Source of the DNA: a virus
Taxonomy: Duplodnaviria; Heunggongvirae; Uroviricota; Caudoviricetes
IMG/VR virus record: IMGVR_UViG_2585427777_000013
Strand: one strand, 5' to 3'
DNA length: 31,922 bases
The position numbers and the translations under genes were made by a program. The notes under the pieces are model-generated. The model saw only the letters and a list, made by a program, of their open reading frames with translations, was not told where the DNA came from and did no database searches. Shown here piece after piece: positions 8,672 through 17,873 of this stretch. How positions within the stretch are numbered: the stretch's first letter is position 1; the number at the start of each line of letters is the position of its first letter.

Positions 8672-10177
8672 TCATGGCATGGCCATGAGCATTTTCACGT
8701 CCGCATCACCGTCTTCTGACGTCTGTGACACGCCACCCCGCACCGCTGCCGGTGAATGATTCGCCATGAAATGTTCAAACAGGGCGGTTGTGGATGCAGA
8801 GACCGGTTCGGCCTTACCTGATCCCGCAGCCAGCACAGCCCGGGCGTTCTCCACGGTCATTCCCGGGCAGGCCGCCAGTTTTTCAGCCTGCGCTTCTGCC
8901 CCTTTTGCCTCATCCAGGGCCATGATCTGATCACGAAGTGAGGGCCCGGCATTCGCCTGCGGTGAGGCAGCCAGGATCGGGCGGGCTTTTTCCACCGTCA
9001 TCTCCGGCATCGCCGCCAGCGTTGCCGCCAGTTGTTCACGACCTTTCGCTTCTTCACACGCCATAATGCGATCGGCTTCACTCTGCGCGGATGCCACCGG
9101 CTGCTGCGGTGCCGCCGCGGCCAGAATCGCCCGGGCCTGTTCAACGCTCATGCCCTGTTGCCCTGCCAGCATCGTGGCAAGCTGTTCACGTCCTTTCGCT
9201 TCCTGGCATGTCAGGATCCCCATCACTCGCTGGTTCTCCTGCACGGCGGCTTCCGTTGCAGTTAATTGCGGCATAGTGCCTCCTCTGACATTACTGTTCA
9301 GCGCCGCAGCCATCACGCTGATGGCATCCGACGCATTGATTAATTCATCCGCCAGCCCGGCCTCAATGCCGGACTGACCTTCAAAAACGGCGGCCTCTGT
9401 TCCCGTGACCGCATCCACAGACAACCCGGTATACATCGCCACTTTTTCGGCAAACATCCGGTGCGCCGCATCAATCCGCTGCTGCATATCCTGGCGAACC
9501 TCTGCCGGCAACGCTTCAAACTGATTGCCATCCACCTTGTGCGCCCCGGCATAAATCAGCGTGATATCCACACCGGCCTGCGCCAGATGACCGGCATAGC
9601 TGACATGGCTCATCATCACGCCAATGGAGCCGATACGGGATGTCTGGGTAACCAGCCGTCGGGAGCAGGCCGACGCCAGCAGCATGGCTGCAGAACAGGC
9701 CGTGTCATTGCACAGTGCCCAGACCGGCTTCTGCTGACGGAGGCGGTAAATCATGTCAGCGCAGTCAAACGCGCCGGCGGCCTGCCCGCCCGGACTGTCA
9801 ATGTCCAGCAGTACGCCCCGCACCTGGCTATCCGCCATTGCCTGCTGAAGACAGGCGACAATACCGTCATAGCCTGTCATTCCGGAAAATGGCCGCATAC
9901 CACCCAGCCGGTGCACCAGCGTGCCGGTCACCGGCAGTACAGCAATACCGTTCACCACCCGGTAAACACGGGCCGGTCGTTTACCTCCGGCCATGTACTC
10001 ATCCGTTTCAGCCAGCATTCCGGGAGCATCAAACTGTACCTGCTGTTGTGGTACCGAAAGACTTGCTGCTCCCATCTCGCGCCCGAGCGCGCAAAAGAAA
10101 ACCCGCGCATAGGCGGGCTCCAGAAGCAGCGGTTCATTGAATGCTGCGGCAATAATGTGTGAAAGATTACGTCTCAC
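8672..10177 (-). CDS. C: Head maturation protease C (S49/ClpP-like) with C-terminal scaffold (Nu3-equivalent) region carrying three tandem repeats
   Basis: 501 aa, N-terminal AFNEPLLLEPAYARVFFCAL.. and protease core (..GIAVLPV.GTLV....SGMTGY.GI....DMD.PGG..AGAFDCAD.I..) match lambda gpC; GTG start overlapping the B stop; a nested Nu3 start was not mapped. Confidence 0.85.
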   Translation of the reverse strand: MRRNLSHIIAAAFNEPLLLEPAYARVFFCALGREMGAASLSVPQQQVQFDAPGMLAETDEYMAGGKRPARVYRVVNGIAVLPVTGTLVHRLGGMRPFSGMTGYDGIVACLQQAMADSQVRGVLLDIDSPGGQAAGAFDCADMIYRLRQQKPVWALCNDTACSAAMLLASACSRRLVTQTSRIGSIGVMMSHVSYAGHLAQAGVDITLIYAGAHKVDGNQFEALPAEVRQDMQQRIDAAHRMFAEKVAMYTGLSVDAVTGTEAAVFEGQSGIEAGLADELINASDAISVMAAALNSNVRGGTMPQLTATEAAVQENQRVMGILTCQEAKGREQLATMLAGQQGMSVEQARAILAAAAPQQPVASAQSEADRIMACEEAKGREQLAATLAAMPEMTVEKARPILAASPQANAGPSLRDQIMALDEAKGAEAQAEKLAACPGMTVENARAVLAAGSGKAEPVSASTTALFEHFMANHSPAAVRGGVSQTSEDGDADVKMLMAMP

Positions 10178-11759
10178 GTGGTGTTGTCTCCTCTTCCGGC
10201 CTGCGACTCTCCGCTATCTGCTGCTGATACGCCTGCGCTATCCACACCGGACGTGAGAGTCCGGCTTTTTGCCGCTCAGCAGATTCCCTGACCTGCTGGC
10301 GGAAAATGTCCTGATAATCCTCGCCCATCAGCGCCAGTTCTTTCTCATACGTGCTCAGTCCGGCCTCAATGCGCATCACTGATTCCTGGACTTCCTTGAG
10401 CCCGTCAATGGCCATTCTTCCGGCACCAATCCACTCTGCCCGTGACCAGGCTGATCGCGCCTGATAAAAATCAAAACGTGCCCGTGGCGGACGAATAATC
10501 CCCCGAAGAAGTGCCTCTTCCAGCCAGCAGGAAAACATCTGCGTGGCCAGCCGGGCCGCAATAAATTTTCGCCGCCCCATAAAATAGCGCCACGACTCAT
10601 TGGCGGAGGCGCGGGCACTTGAGTAACTGACCTTCGAGTAATCACGGGACAACTGTTCGTAGGAAACGCCAAGACCGGCGGCGATATACCGCAGCAGCGC
10701 CTGTTCAAGCGCAGAAAATCCATTGTCTGAATCCTGCGCAGTCTGTAGTTTCAGATCATCACCAGGGAAAAGGTGCGGAATTTTGACACCGCCCAGTGTC
10801 ACGTTATTCGTGTCATACCAGCTGGAGAACTTCTCCAGAATATTAATAAGCGGATTATCCTTCTGCTCCTGTGGCGCGCCGGCGATATATTCAAAGGCCT
10901 TTTCGGTATCAAGTTCACTTTCAATCGTCGCTGCATACATCGCCTTCACTATGGCCGACTGAAGCTGTGTTGCCTGCAGGGAATCGAGCATCTTCAGCCG
11001 TTCCATGACGCTGTAAAACTGATTAGCCCCACGGGTCTGCCCGTCCTCCACCGGCTCGAAAATATGCAGCATGGCCGGACGTCCGGTGGGAAGTTCACGC
11101 GGGATCCGTTCCCATCGTCCACTACCAGAGAACGGAAAATCATCCTCACAAATATGGTACGCGACGGCACGGCCATATCGATCGACCTCCACACCGGCCC
11201 GCAGAAAACGGTTCCCCATACCGTGTCCAGGCGTGTCCACCCGTTTCGGACTCACGGCTTTAAAACGCGTACGGAATAACTGCGTGGTTTCCGTATCCCA
11301 GACCGGCTGCACAAAGATTTCGCCGTTAAACGCATGAACGCCCACACCTTCACGGATAAATTCCGTGAACGTGCGTTTTCCTTCCACGTCGATCTCGCCA
11401 AACATCCCTTCGGCGTATTCCGACCAGGCCGCCTCCACCTCATCGACAAAGCTTTTTGCTGCGGTCTCCCGCATCCCCAGCCAGCGCCAGTTCGGACGGT
11501 AGCTGATCAGAAACATATGCCCGACAATGTGATCCTTATGCAGAGCCACCGCATTAGCCGCTATTCCGTTATTGCGCACCAGATCATCTGCCCGGGCATT
11601 CCCCAGACGCAACGCGGGTAGCAGGGCCGCATCGGCACTCTGCGCCGGTGGCAACCACTCAGCCATTTGCCCGCCAAATCCTGCACCGCCCCCGTTGTAG
11701 CTGAGACTCTCACGAAGCGGAACGCCGTTCACATCAATCAGGGCAGGCGTTCGTTTCAT
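10167..11759 (-). CDS. B: Portal protein B
   Basis: 530 aa ORF at the lambda gpB position between W and C, with lambda-like portal sequence; ATG start. Confidence 0.88.
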   Translation of the reverse strand: MKRTPALIDVNGVPLRESLSYNGGGAGFGGQMAEWLPPAQSADAALLPALRLGNARADDLVRNNGIAANAVALHKDHIVGHMFLISYRPNWRWLGMRETAAKSFVDEVEAAWSEYAEGMFGEIDVEGKRTFTEFIREGVGVHAFNGEIFVQPVWDTETTQLFRTRFKAVSPKRVDTPGHGMGNRFLRAGVEVDRYGRAVAYHICEDDFPFSGSGRWERIPRELPTGRPAMLHIFEPVEDGQTRGANQFYSVMERLKMLDSLQATQLQSAIVKAMYAATIESELDTEKAFEYIAGAPQEQKDNPLINILEKFSSWYDTNNVTLGGVKIPHLFPGDDLKLQTAQDSDNGFSALEQALLRYIAAGLGVSYEQLSRDYSKVSYSSARASANESWRYFMGRRKFIAARLATQMFSCWLEEALLRGIIRPPRARFDFYQARSAWSRAEWIGAGRMAIDGLKEVQESVMRIEAGLSTYEKELALMGEDYQDIFRQQVRESAERQKAGLSRPVWIAQAYQQQIAESRRPEEETTPRET

Positions 11760-11962
11760 AACCTCACTCCCAGCGGACGACGGCGACGCCGGGTTGTCCC
11801 CAGTACCGACTCCGCATCATTGATCGCCCGGTTAAGCTCATCCAGAGAAGCCGCCGTATATTCAATTCTGCGACCATCTTTCTGGACAGACACCACCCGT
11901 TTACCGGTTAATAAATCAAGGCGCGCCTGACGCAGCGCCTGTAGTTCAGCGACTGTAACCAT
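11756..11962 (-). CDS. W: Head-tail connector protein W
   Basis: 68 aa, ..LLTGKRVVSVQKDGRRIEYTAASL.. matches lambda gpW. Confidence 0.85.
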   Translation of the reverse strand: MVTVAELQALRQARLDLLTGKRVVSVQKDGRRIEYTAASLDELNRAINDAESVLGTTRRRRRPLGVRL

Positions 11963-13874
11963 TCACTCCTCCGGACAGCTTCGCTGCCAGTTCTTTAAGG
12001 GTTGGCCGGGTCGTCTCTTCTTCCCGGGATTTTGCCAGTACAGCCAGATCAAGCTGCCAGCGTTGCACGGACACACGTAATGCCGCATAGGCATACACCA
12101 GGCAGTCCAGCGCTTCGTTACGCCGCTTTTTGTTATCCCACAGCAGACGCATCTTTCCTTTTTCCCACTTCTCCACAAGCTCTTCCGCGACCAGTTGCTG
12201 CGCCTCTGTCTGCGAAAAAATCTCCGGATCATCAGGAAAACGGATGGCATACGACGTGGCTTCATCCGCAGGCGTGGGATCGGCTTTCATACGGGCATAG
12301 AGAATTTCTTTTGCGGTGTCCGTCCCCACTTCACACAGATACACGCCCCGCTGATTGCGGGTTTTCGGCATGGTGATCACCGGCTTGCCATAGACAGATG
12401 CGCCTTTTACCGGCAGCACCCGGAAAACACCGTGTTTTTTTGACCTCTGATAGACAATTTCACCATCGATTCCCCCGGTGTCCCAGCAGACACGGGAAAT
12501 GGTCATTTCGGTTCCGTCTGCATGGCAGTATTTTTTGTTGATCGCCGCATCCACACGTAACAGCGTCTCTTCCTCATCGGGACGGCCCATAATGATGATT
12601 TTATCCACCAGAAAAGCTTCCTCTCCCGGTGCCCATCCCCAGACATACATCTCAAAACGGTTTCGCTGCGAGTCAATGCCCGCCGTCAGATAAACCACCC
12701 GGGCTGGCACCGCCGCCGTGTAATGCACGACCTTATCCATCAGTACCTGGTGATCGAGTTTTTCGCCCACGGCCTCTTCCCAGGTCTCGCCCAGCGTGGT
12801 GTTCACAAAGGTTTTCAGGCCGTTGGGATCTTTCAGTGCATCCAGCCAGTCATAGACTATCTGTACCCAGGTGGTGAACGGACTGTACGCCGTCCAGATA
12901 TGGAACGTGATGGAGCGCGGCGGCGGAATTTCATTATCCGCGGAGCTGAAAAACGTCAGACCGTCACGGGTCCACATCCCCGTGTTTTCACAGATCCACC
13001 GCCCGTTGCTCTGGTCAAGCTCAGACTGATGGATCACGCAGCCATGATGTTCACAGAGGTAGAAAACGCTTTCGGGGCTGTCCTTCTCCCATTTAAGGCC
13101 AAAAGGCGTGGATTCATCGCCAAATTTCAGATACTGCTCCTCCCCACAGTGTGGGCAGGGCACATAAAAACGCATGAAATGCGCCGACTCGTTGGCCGCT
13201 TTTTCGATCTGGCAGGTGCCTTTGATTTTAGGCGTCGAGCCGCGAATGGATTTGGGCCATACAGAGCCCTCAATACGTTTATCCCCAAGCAGGGTTGGCG
13301 AACCCTCTTTTTCGACATCCGGTTCGAACGAGGAAAGTTCGTCATAGCAGACCACGTCCACGGATTTTTCACGGTAGTTTTTAGCGGCAGCCCCGCCCAG
13401 GCACCAGAAGCCCACGCCCGATGAAAAACGTTTCAGCGTGAGGGTATTATCACGATGTTTACGCCCAAACCACGGTGCAAGATCGAGTAAAACCGGCACA
13501 TCCCTGATCGTGGGTTCCACATGAGATTTCATAAAATCTTCAGCAGCAGAATCCGTGGGCTGGAAAAGAAGGCTGTTGCGTGATTTATGCTCAATAAAAT
13601 AAGCCTCCACTCCCAGCAACATCTTTGTATAACCAACACGGGCAGATTTAATCAGATTAACAGTGCGGATCCGGTCATTCCCCATGCTGTTCATGATGGC
13701 AACCTGAAACGGCAGTGTTTCCCACCGCCCCGGGGTGTAAGATGACTCTTTCGGAAGGTAATAATGTCGATCTGCCCACTGAACTGTCGTCAGAGGGACA
13801 GGAATTTTTAGCGCAAGGAGGCCGGTTGCTATCGCTCCTGCAGAATTAGCCGCCCTCAGTTCGTCTGAAATCAT
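11946..13874 (-). CDS. A: Terminase large subunit A
   Basis: Collinear with lambda gpA ([54 protein letters not shown]-terminal [24 protein letters not shown]); start placed at the internal ATG preceded by AGGTGG; the track ORF extends to 13916. Confidence 0.88.
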   Translation of the reverse strand: MISDELRAANSAGAIATGLLALKIPVPLTTVQWADRHYYLPKESSYTPGRWETLPFQVAIMNSMGNDRIRTVNLIKSARVGYTKMLLGVEAYFIEHKSRNSLLFQPTDSAAEDFMKSHVEPTIRDVPVLLDLAPWFGRKHRDNTLTLKRFSSGVGFWCLGGAAAKNYREKSVDVVCYDELSSFEPDVEKEGSPTLLGDKRIEGSVWPKSIRGSTPKIKGTCQIEKAANESAHFMRFYVPCPHCGEEQYLKFGDESTPFGLKWEKDSPESVFYLCEHHGCVIHQSELDQSNGRWICENTGMWTRDGLTFFSSADNEIPPPRSITFHIWTAYSPFTTWVQIVYDWLDALKDPNGLKTFVNTTLGETWEEAVGEKLDHQVLMDKVVHYTAAVPARVVYLTAGIDSQRNRFEMYVWGWAPGEEAFLVDKIIIMGRPDEEETLLRVDAAINKKYCHADGTEMTISRVCWDTGGIDGEIVYQRSKKHGVFRVLPVKGASVYGKPVITMPKTRNQRGVYLCEVGTDTAKEILYARMKADPTPADEATSYAIRFPDDPEIFSQTEAQQLVAEELVEKWEKGKMRLLWDNKKRRNEALDCLVYAYAALRVSVQRWQLDLAVLAKSREEETTRPTLKELAAKLSGGVNGYSR

Positions 13875-14394
13875 CAATCCACCTGCGCACATTCTCACCG
13901 GCTTCAGAAGCCACATCGGATGCTTTCGCGATTTCAGTTTTCACAGCATCAAGATGTACGGGTGATATATCAGGGTATTTACGCTGCAGTGTCTGAGGGA
14001 CACGGACAAGGATCCCTGATATATTCTGTGCCACTCGCTGAAAGATGTAGGTAAATAACTCCGTCTCGAGGACAAGGCCTTCCTCACGAGCATTTTTCAG
14101 CTCCTGTGCATCGGCCTGTGCCTTCGTCAGTCGGTAACGTTCGTAATCAATGGTGCCGGGCTGAAGGTCTGATTCGCTGGCAGCCCTCAAATCCTCGATC
14201 TCTTTACGGAGTTTTTCGTTTTCAATATCAGCTTCCCTCTGCGCATACCACTGAATGGCAGCAGTTGTATCAAAAACTGATTCAGTCCCTTTCCCTCCAC
14301 CAGAAACTAGTGGTAACCCCTGACTCTGCCAGGCGGTGATGGTCCTGACATCAACGCCAAAAATATCGGCCAGTTTTTTCTTATTGACGTTCAT
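13846..14394 (-). CDS. nu1: Terminase small subunit Nu1
   Basis: 182 aa, [24 protein letters not shown]...[54 protein letters not shown] matches lambda Nu1. Confidence 0.9.
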   Translation of the reverse strand: MNVNKKKLADIFGVDVRTITAWQSQGLPLVSGGGKGTESVFDTTAAIQWYAQREADIENEKLRKEIEDLRAASESDLQPGTIDYERYRLTKAQADAQELKNAREEGLVLETELFTYIFQRVAQNISGILVRVPQTLQRKYPDISPVHLDAVKTEIAKASDVASEAGENVRRWIDDFRRTEGG

Positions 14395-14600
14395 ACACTC
14401 CCCCGGGAACCAGAAAGGATCTGAAAATGGCGTTTTCTAACAAAAACAGCCTTTGTCAGATCCTTTTATATTTTTAAAATTCTATTGATAATCAATCAGT
14501 TAAAAAGAAGAAGAACGGATCTGATTTTTCCCTAAAAATTTTCATAAATAGCGAAAACCCGCGAGGTCGCCGCCCCGTAACGGCCCGGATCGCCGGAAAG
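14395..14600 (-). other. cos: cos region: cosN 12-nt cohesive-end sequence at 14564..14575 (plus-strand AGGTCGCCGCCC), cosB between cosN and Nu1
   Basis: Minus strand reads GGGGCGGCGACCTCGCGGGTTTTCGCTATTTATGAAAATTTT, matching the remembered lambda left end about 170 bp upstream of the Nu1 ATG. Confidence 0.8.
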
Positions 14601-14781
14601 GACCCACGAAATGATAATGATTATCATCTATATAAGGTTTATCACAACATGTGTGTACGCCATCAAACCACGAGAAATAATCAATTATGACGCAGGTATC
14701 GTATTGATTGATCTGCATCAAATTAACGTAAAAGCAACTTCAGATAATACAAATCAGCAACACTGAATATGGGGAAACATT

Positions 14782-14982
14782 ATGTCATCAAAGAACAGAA
14801 CCCGCAGAACAACAACCCGCAACATCCGATTTCCAAACCAGATGATTGAACAAATTAACATCGCTCTTGATCTGAAAGGTTCAGGAAACTTTTCAGCGTG
14901 GGTTATTGAAGCCTGCAGGAGAAGGCTGGCAACAGATGCAACGCATCTGCGCCCGGCCAGCATGAAAAATAACGAGAAATGA
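14782..14982 (+). CDS. ylcI: YlcI/YnfO-family small protein (DUF3950), prophage-associated
   Basis: 66 aa, MSSKNRTRRTTTRNIRFPNQMIEQINIALDLKGSGNFSAWVIEACRRRL closely resembles DLP12 YlcI as remembered; GGGGAA ribosome-binding site before the ATG; plus strand, next to cos as in DLP12. Confidence 0.78.
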   Translation: MSSKNRTRRTTTRNIRFPNQMIEQINIALDLKGSGNFSAWVIEACRRRLATDATHLRPASMKNNEK

Positions 14983-15113
14983 ACGTTCGGCTACAGGAGC
15001 AGGTACCCACTGTCCTCCAACAATATTTCATCTTCATATCCGACGGAACAAGACTTACCCTGCCGGGATGTACAGAATAACAACAGAGTGATAATTAATT
15101 TCTGATGAAATAA

Positions 15114-15446
15114 TCAGGGTGCAGAAGGACTAAAGATAAACGTTTTCTTCACGCCTTTACACGGCCTGTCCTTCTCAAATCGCCATTTTGCCATCGCCTT
15201 TACAACCTGCTCATCAAACAAATGGTGCGGCTCTGAACGGATAAACTCAATTCGGGTGACAGTACCATCAGCACCAATATCAAACTTCACATCAACCCGT
15301 CCCTTTATATAATTTGCCGCTGCATAGGCCGGATATTGTGGTAATGCCTTAACCAACTGTCGGGGCATATCTGTTTTATGTTGCGTACAGCCCATAACCA
15401 GAGAAGACAACAAAATAATTAACGGAAGGTTTCTTTTCATTTTCAT
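15114..15446 (-). CDS. Putative lipoprotein with TonB C-terminal-like domain
   Basis: Signal peptide with lipobox LVMGC; C-terminal PQYPAYAAANYIKGRVDVKFDIGADGTVTRIEFIRSEPHHLFDEQVVKAMAKWRFE resembles the TonB C-terminal domain; start set at an internal ATG (the track ORF begins at a GTG). Confidence 0.6.
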   Translation of the reverse strand: MKMKRNLPLIILLSSLVMGCTQHKTDMPRQLVKALPQYPAYAAANYIKGRVDVKFDIGADGTVTRIEFIRSEPHHLFDEQVVKAMAKWRFEKDRPCKGVKKTFIFSPSAP

Positions 15447-15784
15447 TCCCGGCACAGATAAGAATAAGTCTTATTCTAACAATGCCACCCTGTCGGTCAT
15501 CAATCCTCTGCTTAATGGCAACGACAATTATCCGACTTAAATCACAAATCAGACACATGACATAACAGAGCTTGCGAGGTAACACATCGTCCGGTTTCTT
15601 CCACCATCGCACCGGACCAGCGACCATGAGGGGACAACGCCGCGCTCCGTTAACACGGTAAACCCCGGTGTGTATCGTTTTTGATTATCCCCGCACACTC
15701 GCGCAGAGGAGTCTCCCGGTCGGGCTGCGGTCTCTGTTAATGCGGGGATACGGCGACAATACCGCGCATGGTTAATAAGGTCGC

Positions 15785-16009
15785 TCAACACACTGGCTGT
15801 AATGCAGCGGATACCATGCGGCATTTAGCGGCATTCATCGTACACTCAACGGTTAGCTCTTCATTCGTGGCATTCACCTGAAAGGTCCGGGAGTGTAATT
15901 GCGTACATTTACCACTGAACGAACCTTCAACAAGAACACGACCACGCTGCAAAATACGGAACGGAATTGTTCCCTGAAAAGGCTTTACGGTTACCAGTAA
16001 TTTCTTCAT
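15785..16009 (-). CDS. Hypothetical small protein downstream of Rz/Rz1
   Basis: ORF with internal ATG (MKKLLVTVKPFQG..) preceded by GGAG; no recognisable family. Confidence 0.3.
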   Translation of the reverse strand: MKKLLVTVKPFQGTIPFRILQRGRVLVEGSFSGKCTQLHSRTFQVNATNEELTVECTMNAAKCRMVSAALQPVC

Positions 16010-16032
16010 GCATTCTCCGGATAACAAAAATA

Positions 16033-16500
16033 CTAGTTAATACACTGAGTGCGGATATAGTCCTGCGCCCCTTCCAGTTGCTTCTGCATTGTCATCAACC
16101 GCTCTCTGAGGGTGAAATAATCCCGTTCAGCGGTGTCTGCCAGTCGGGGGCCGGTTGCATTATCCACGCGGGCGGTGCCGGTGGCTTCACGCACGGAACC
16201 TGGACAGGTGGCGTTGATACGCAGGCTGCGGCGACCAGCGGCAACGTCAGCGCGCAGAGTTTCATTTTCAGCTCTCGCATCGGCTAACTCCTTTGTGTAT
16301 TTTTCATCCAGCGCAGCAACATCACGCTGACGCTGCTGCATGTCAGTAATGGTTGTGTTTGCCAGCTCCAGCTCTCTGGCTTTTTTATCGCGCTGCGCTT
16401 TGTAGGTGATGGCGTTATCGCGGTAATGATTCAGCCCCAGACTAAGCACACCACAGGCTACCAGCAGGACAATAATCACCACACACAGAACACGGTTCAT
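16033..16500 (-). CDS. Rz: Spanin inner-membrane subunit Rz (i-spanin)
   Basis: [84 protein letters not shown] matches lambda Rz; start at the internal Met (MNRVLCVV..) of the longer track ORF. Confidence 0.88.
   Translation of the reverse strand: MNRVLCVVIIVLLVACGVLSLGLNHYRDNAITYKAQRDKKARELELANTTITDMQQRQRDVAALDEKYTKELADARAENETLRADVAAGRRSLRINATCPGSVREATGTARVDNATGPRLADTAERDYFTLRERLMTMQKQLEGAQDYIRTQCIN
16095..16280 (-). CDS. Rz1: Spanin outer-membrane lipoprotein Rz1 (o-spanin), embedded in the +1 frame of Rz
   Basis: [52 protein letters not shown] matches lambda Rz1, with lipobox; lies in a different frame inside Rz. Confidence 0.88.
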   Translation of the reverse strand: MRELKMKLCALTLPLVAAACVSTPPVQVPCVKPPAPPAWIMQPAPDWQTPLNGIISPSESG

Positions 16501-16599
16501 ATCACCACCAACGGATTGCCCAGACCAGAACAGCAATGGCCACAATACGAATGGCAAATGCCATTGCCCGAATAAGTTCAGCACTCATCTTTTTAAAGT

Positions 16600-16782
16600 T
16601 CACGATTTCAGCGCAATGACCAGTTTTGCCAGCCCATACAGTATCGGAGACACAGCGATACCAACCGCCACCCACTTAATAGCAAAAGCCAGCGCTCTGC
16701 TGATGTCATCAGTTACTGGCGCTTTCAGTTCAAGGCCGTTTTTCATAGTCAACCTCAACAGAATTCGTTTATACTTTTCCAT
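16600..16782 (-). CDS. Hypothetical small membrane protein between endolysin and Rz
   Basis: ORF with C-terminal hydrophobic segment (WVAVGIAVSPILYGLAKLVIAL); start uncertain (GTG at 16815, ATG at 16782 or 16746). Confidence 0.3.
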   Translation of the reverse strand: MEKYKRILLRLTMKNGLELKAPVTDDISRALAFAIKWVAVGIAVSPILYGLAKLVIALKS

Positions 16783-16820
16783 GTTCTCCCTTGCCTTATC
16801 CAAGGTCAGAAACACAAAAC

Positions 16821-16849
16821 CCCGCTTGCAGCCAACAAACGGGTTTTTT
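16821..16849 (+). terminator. Hairpin with T-run (intrinsic-terminator-like, possibly bidirectional) downstream of the endolysin gene
   Basis: CCCGCTTG-cagccaa-CAAACGGG followed by TTTTTT; the complement is also followed by a U-rich tract. Confidence 0.4.
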
Positions 16850-16938
16850 ACTTTTATTCACTTAGTTTTTGTTAGTTCGCAGGATTTCGTGTTATCCGTC
16901 CGTGTGAGCAAACCGCATTTTTCAGCAAAATATTCTGC

Positions 16939-17472
16939 TTATCTGTCAATTCCCCAGCACGCCAGCGCACTCTCCTGGTCGCGACGGGATACCTGACCGT
17001 AACAGTTGTTTGAGCGAATACGGCAGTCTCTGCCACCGTCCTTAATCCACCAGCGAATCGCTTCGCATGCTCCCCTGCGATCACCTGCATTAATTCGTCT
17101 GTAAAACGTCGACGGGAAACACTTACCGGGACCAATGTTGTACGGACAGAATGACGCGATCCCCGCTTTCTGGGGTTCGGTCAGCGGCACTCTGATGTTT
17201 TTCTCCACCCACGCCAGCGCTTTATCACGCTCAATGGCGTTAACCTGGTCGCATTTTTCCTTCGACAACTTCATGCCCGGAACGACAGGTTTGCCATCCA
17301 CCATGATGGCACCACGGCAGATGGTCCAGATACCCGCACCATCACGGTATGCCGTGGTGTGGTTGCCTTCTTTTTCATCCAGAAACTGGTCGAGAATTTC
17401 AGGCGCAGACGCACCAGCGGCAATCAGCGCCAGAACGGCAGCCGACAGGCCGTATCTGATTTTTGCGTTCAT
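16939..17472 (-). CDS. R: SAR endolysin (T4-lysozyme-like GH24 muramidase with N-terminal signal-anchor-release domain)
   Basis: N-terminal weakly hydrophobic Gly/Ala-rich segment (YGLSAAVLALIAAGASA), then an E-x8-D-x5-T catalytic triad (EGNHTTAYRDGAGIWT); ATG start. Confidence 0.85.
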   Translation of the reverse strand: MNAKIRYGLSAAVLALIAAGASAPEILDQFLDEKEGNHTTAYRDGAGIWTICRGAIMVDGKPVVPGMKLSKEKCDQVNAIERDKALAWVEKNIRVPLTEPQKAGIASFCPYNIGPGKCFPSTFYRRINAGDRRGACEAIRWWIKDGGRDCRIRSNNCYGQVSRRDQESALACWGIDR

Positions 17473-17597
17473 GGATATTTATCAGGATTTATCGGTTCCG
17501 AATCCCTGGATATGTTAAGTCTTCAGCCCGCCAGTGGTGGGCACTGGCGTAAACTCAACAATGCGAGATGGCTGCCTCGCAAAGATAAGGAACAGAT

Positions 17598-17873
17598 ATG
17601 AGTGAAGAAAATAGCAAAGAGAATACAGCACTTTTTGACAGAATTTTTACTCTTGAGTTACAGGTCGGTTTTCTTCTCCCAAAGATAATCAAAGCAATGG
17701 ATGCACTAAGTAAAAATAACGCTGTGTCAGATTACCTGATCGCCGAAATGGAACATCTAATTAAAGAAATACCAAAGACAGTTGCTCGTGATGATAAAAG
17801 ATTCCTCAAGGCTGCTGAAGATGCTCTTTCAACAGTGAAGCGCAGCTTAGATGCGCCGCGCGATCAAGAATAG
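17598..17873 (+). CDS. Hypothetical protein (cargo ORF inside the lysis cassette, opposite strand)
   Basis: 91 aa ORF with AAGGAA ribosome-binding site 5 nt before the ATG; AT-rich; no recognised family. Confidence 0.5.
   Translation: MSEENSKENTALFDRIFTLELQVGFLLPKIIKAMDALSKNNAVSDYLIAEMEHLIKEIPKTVARDDKRFLKAAEDALSTVKRSLDAPRDQE

Noticed and set aside
8820-9230. Tandem repeats in the C gene (and short repeats at 30311..30345) as a possible CRISPR array
   Set aside because: The repeats lie inside intact protein-coding frames, are not interspaced by unique spacers of regular length, and no cas genes are present.
110-13424. Numerous plus-strand ORFs in the track overlapping the head/tail genes (for example 110..847, 4633..5352, 6863..7555, 9461..10162, 12723..13424)
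   Set aside because: They lie antisense to ORFs with strong matches to lambda structural proteins, have Arg/Pro/His-rich low-complexity translations typical of antisense frames in GC-rich coding DNA, and lack plausible ribosome-binding sites.
15376-15824. Track ORFs 15376..15627 and 15549..15824 on the minus strand
   Set aside because: Overlapping frames in a GC-rich non-coding stretch with no ribosome-binding site and no recognisable protein features; the region more likely holds regulatory or structured elements.
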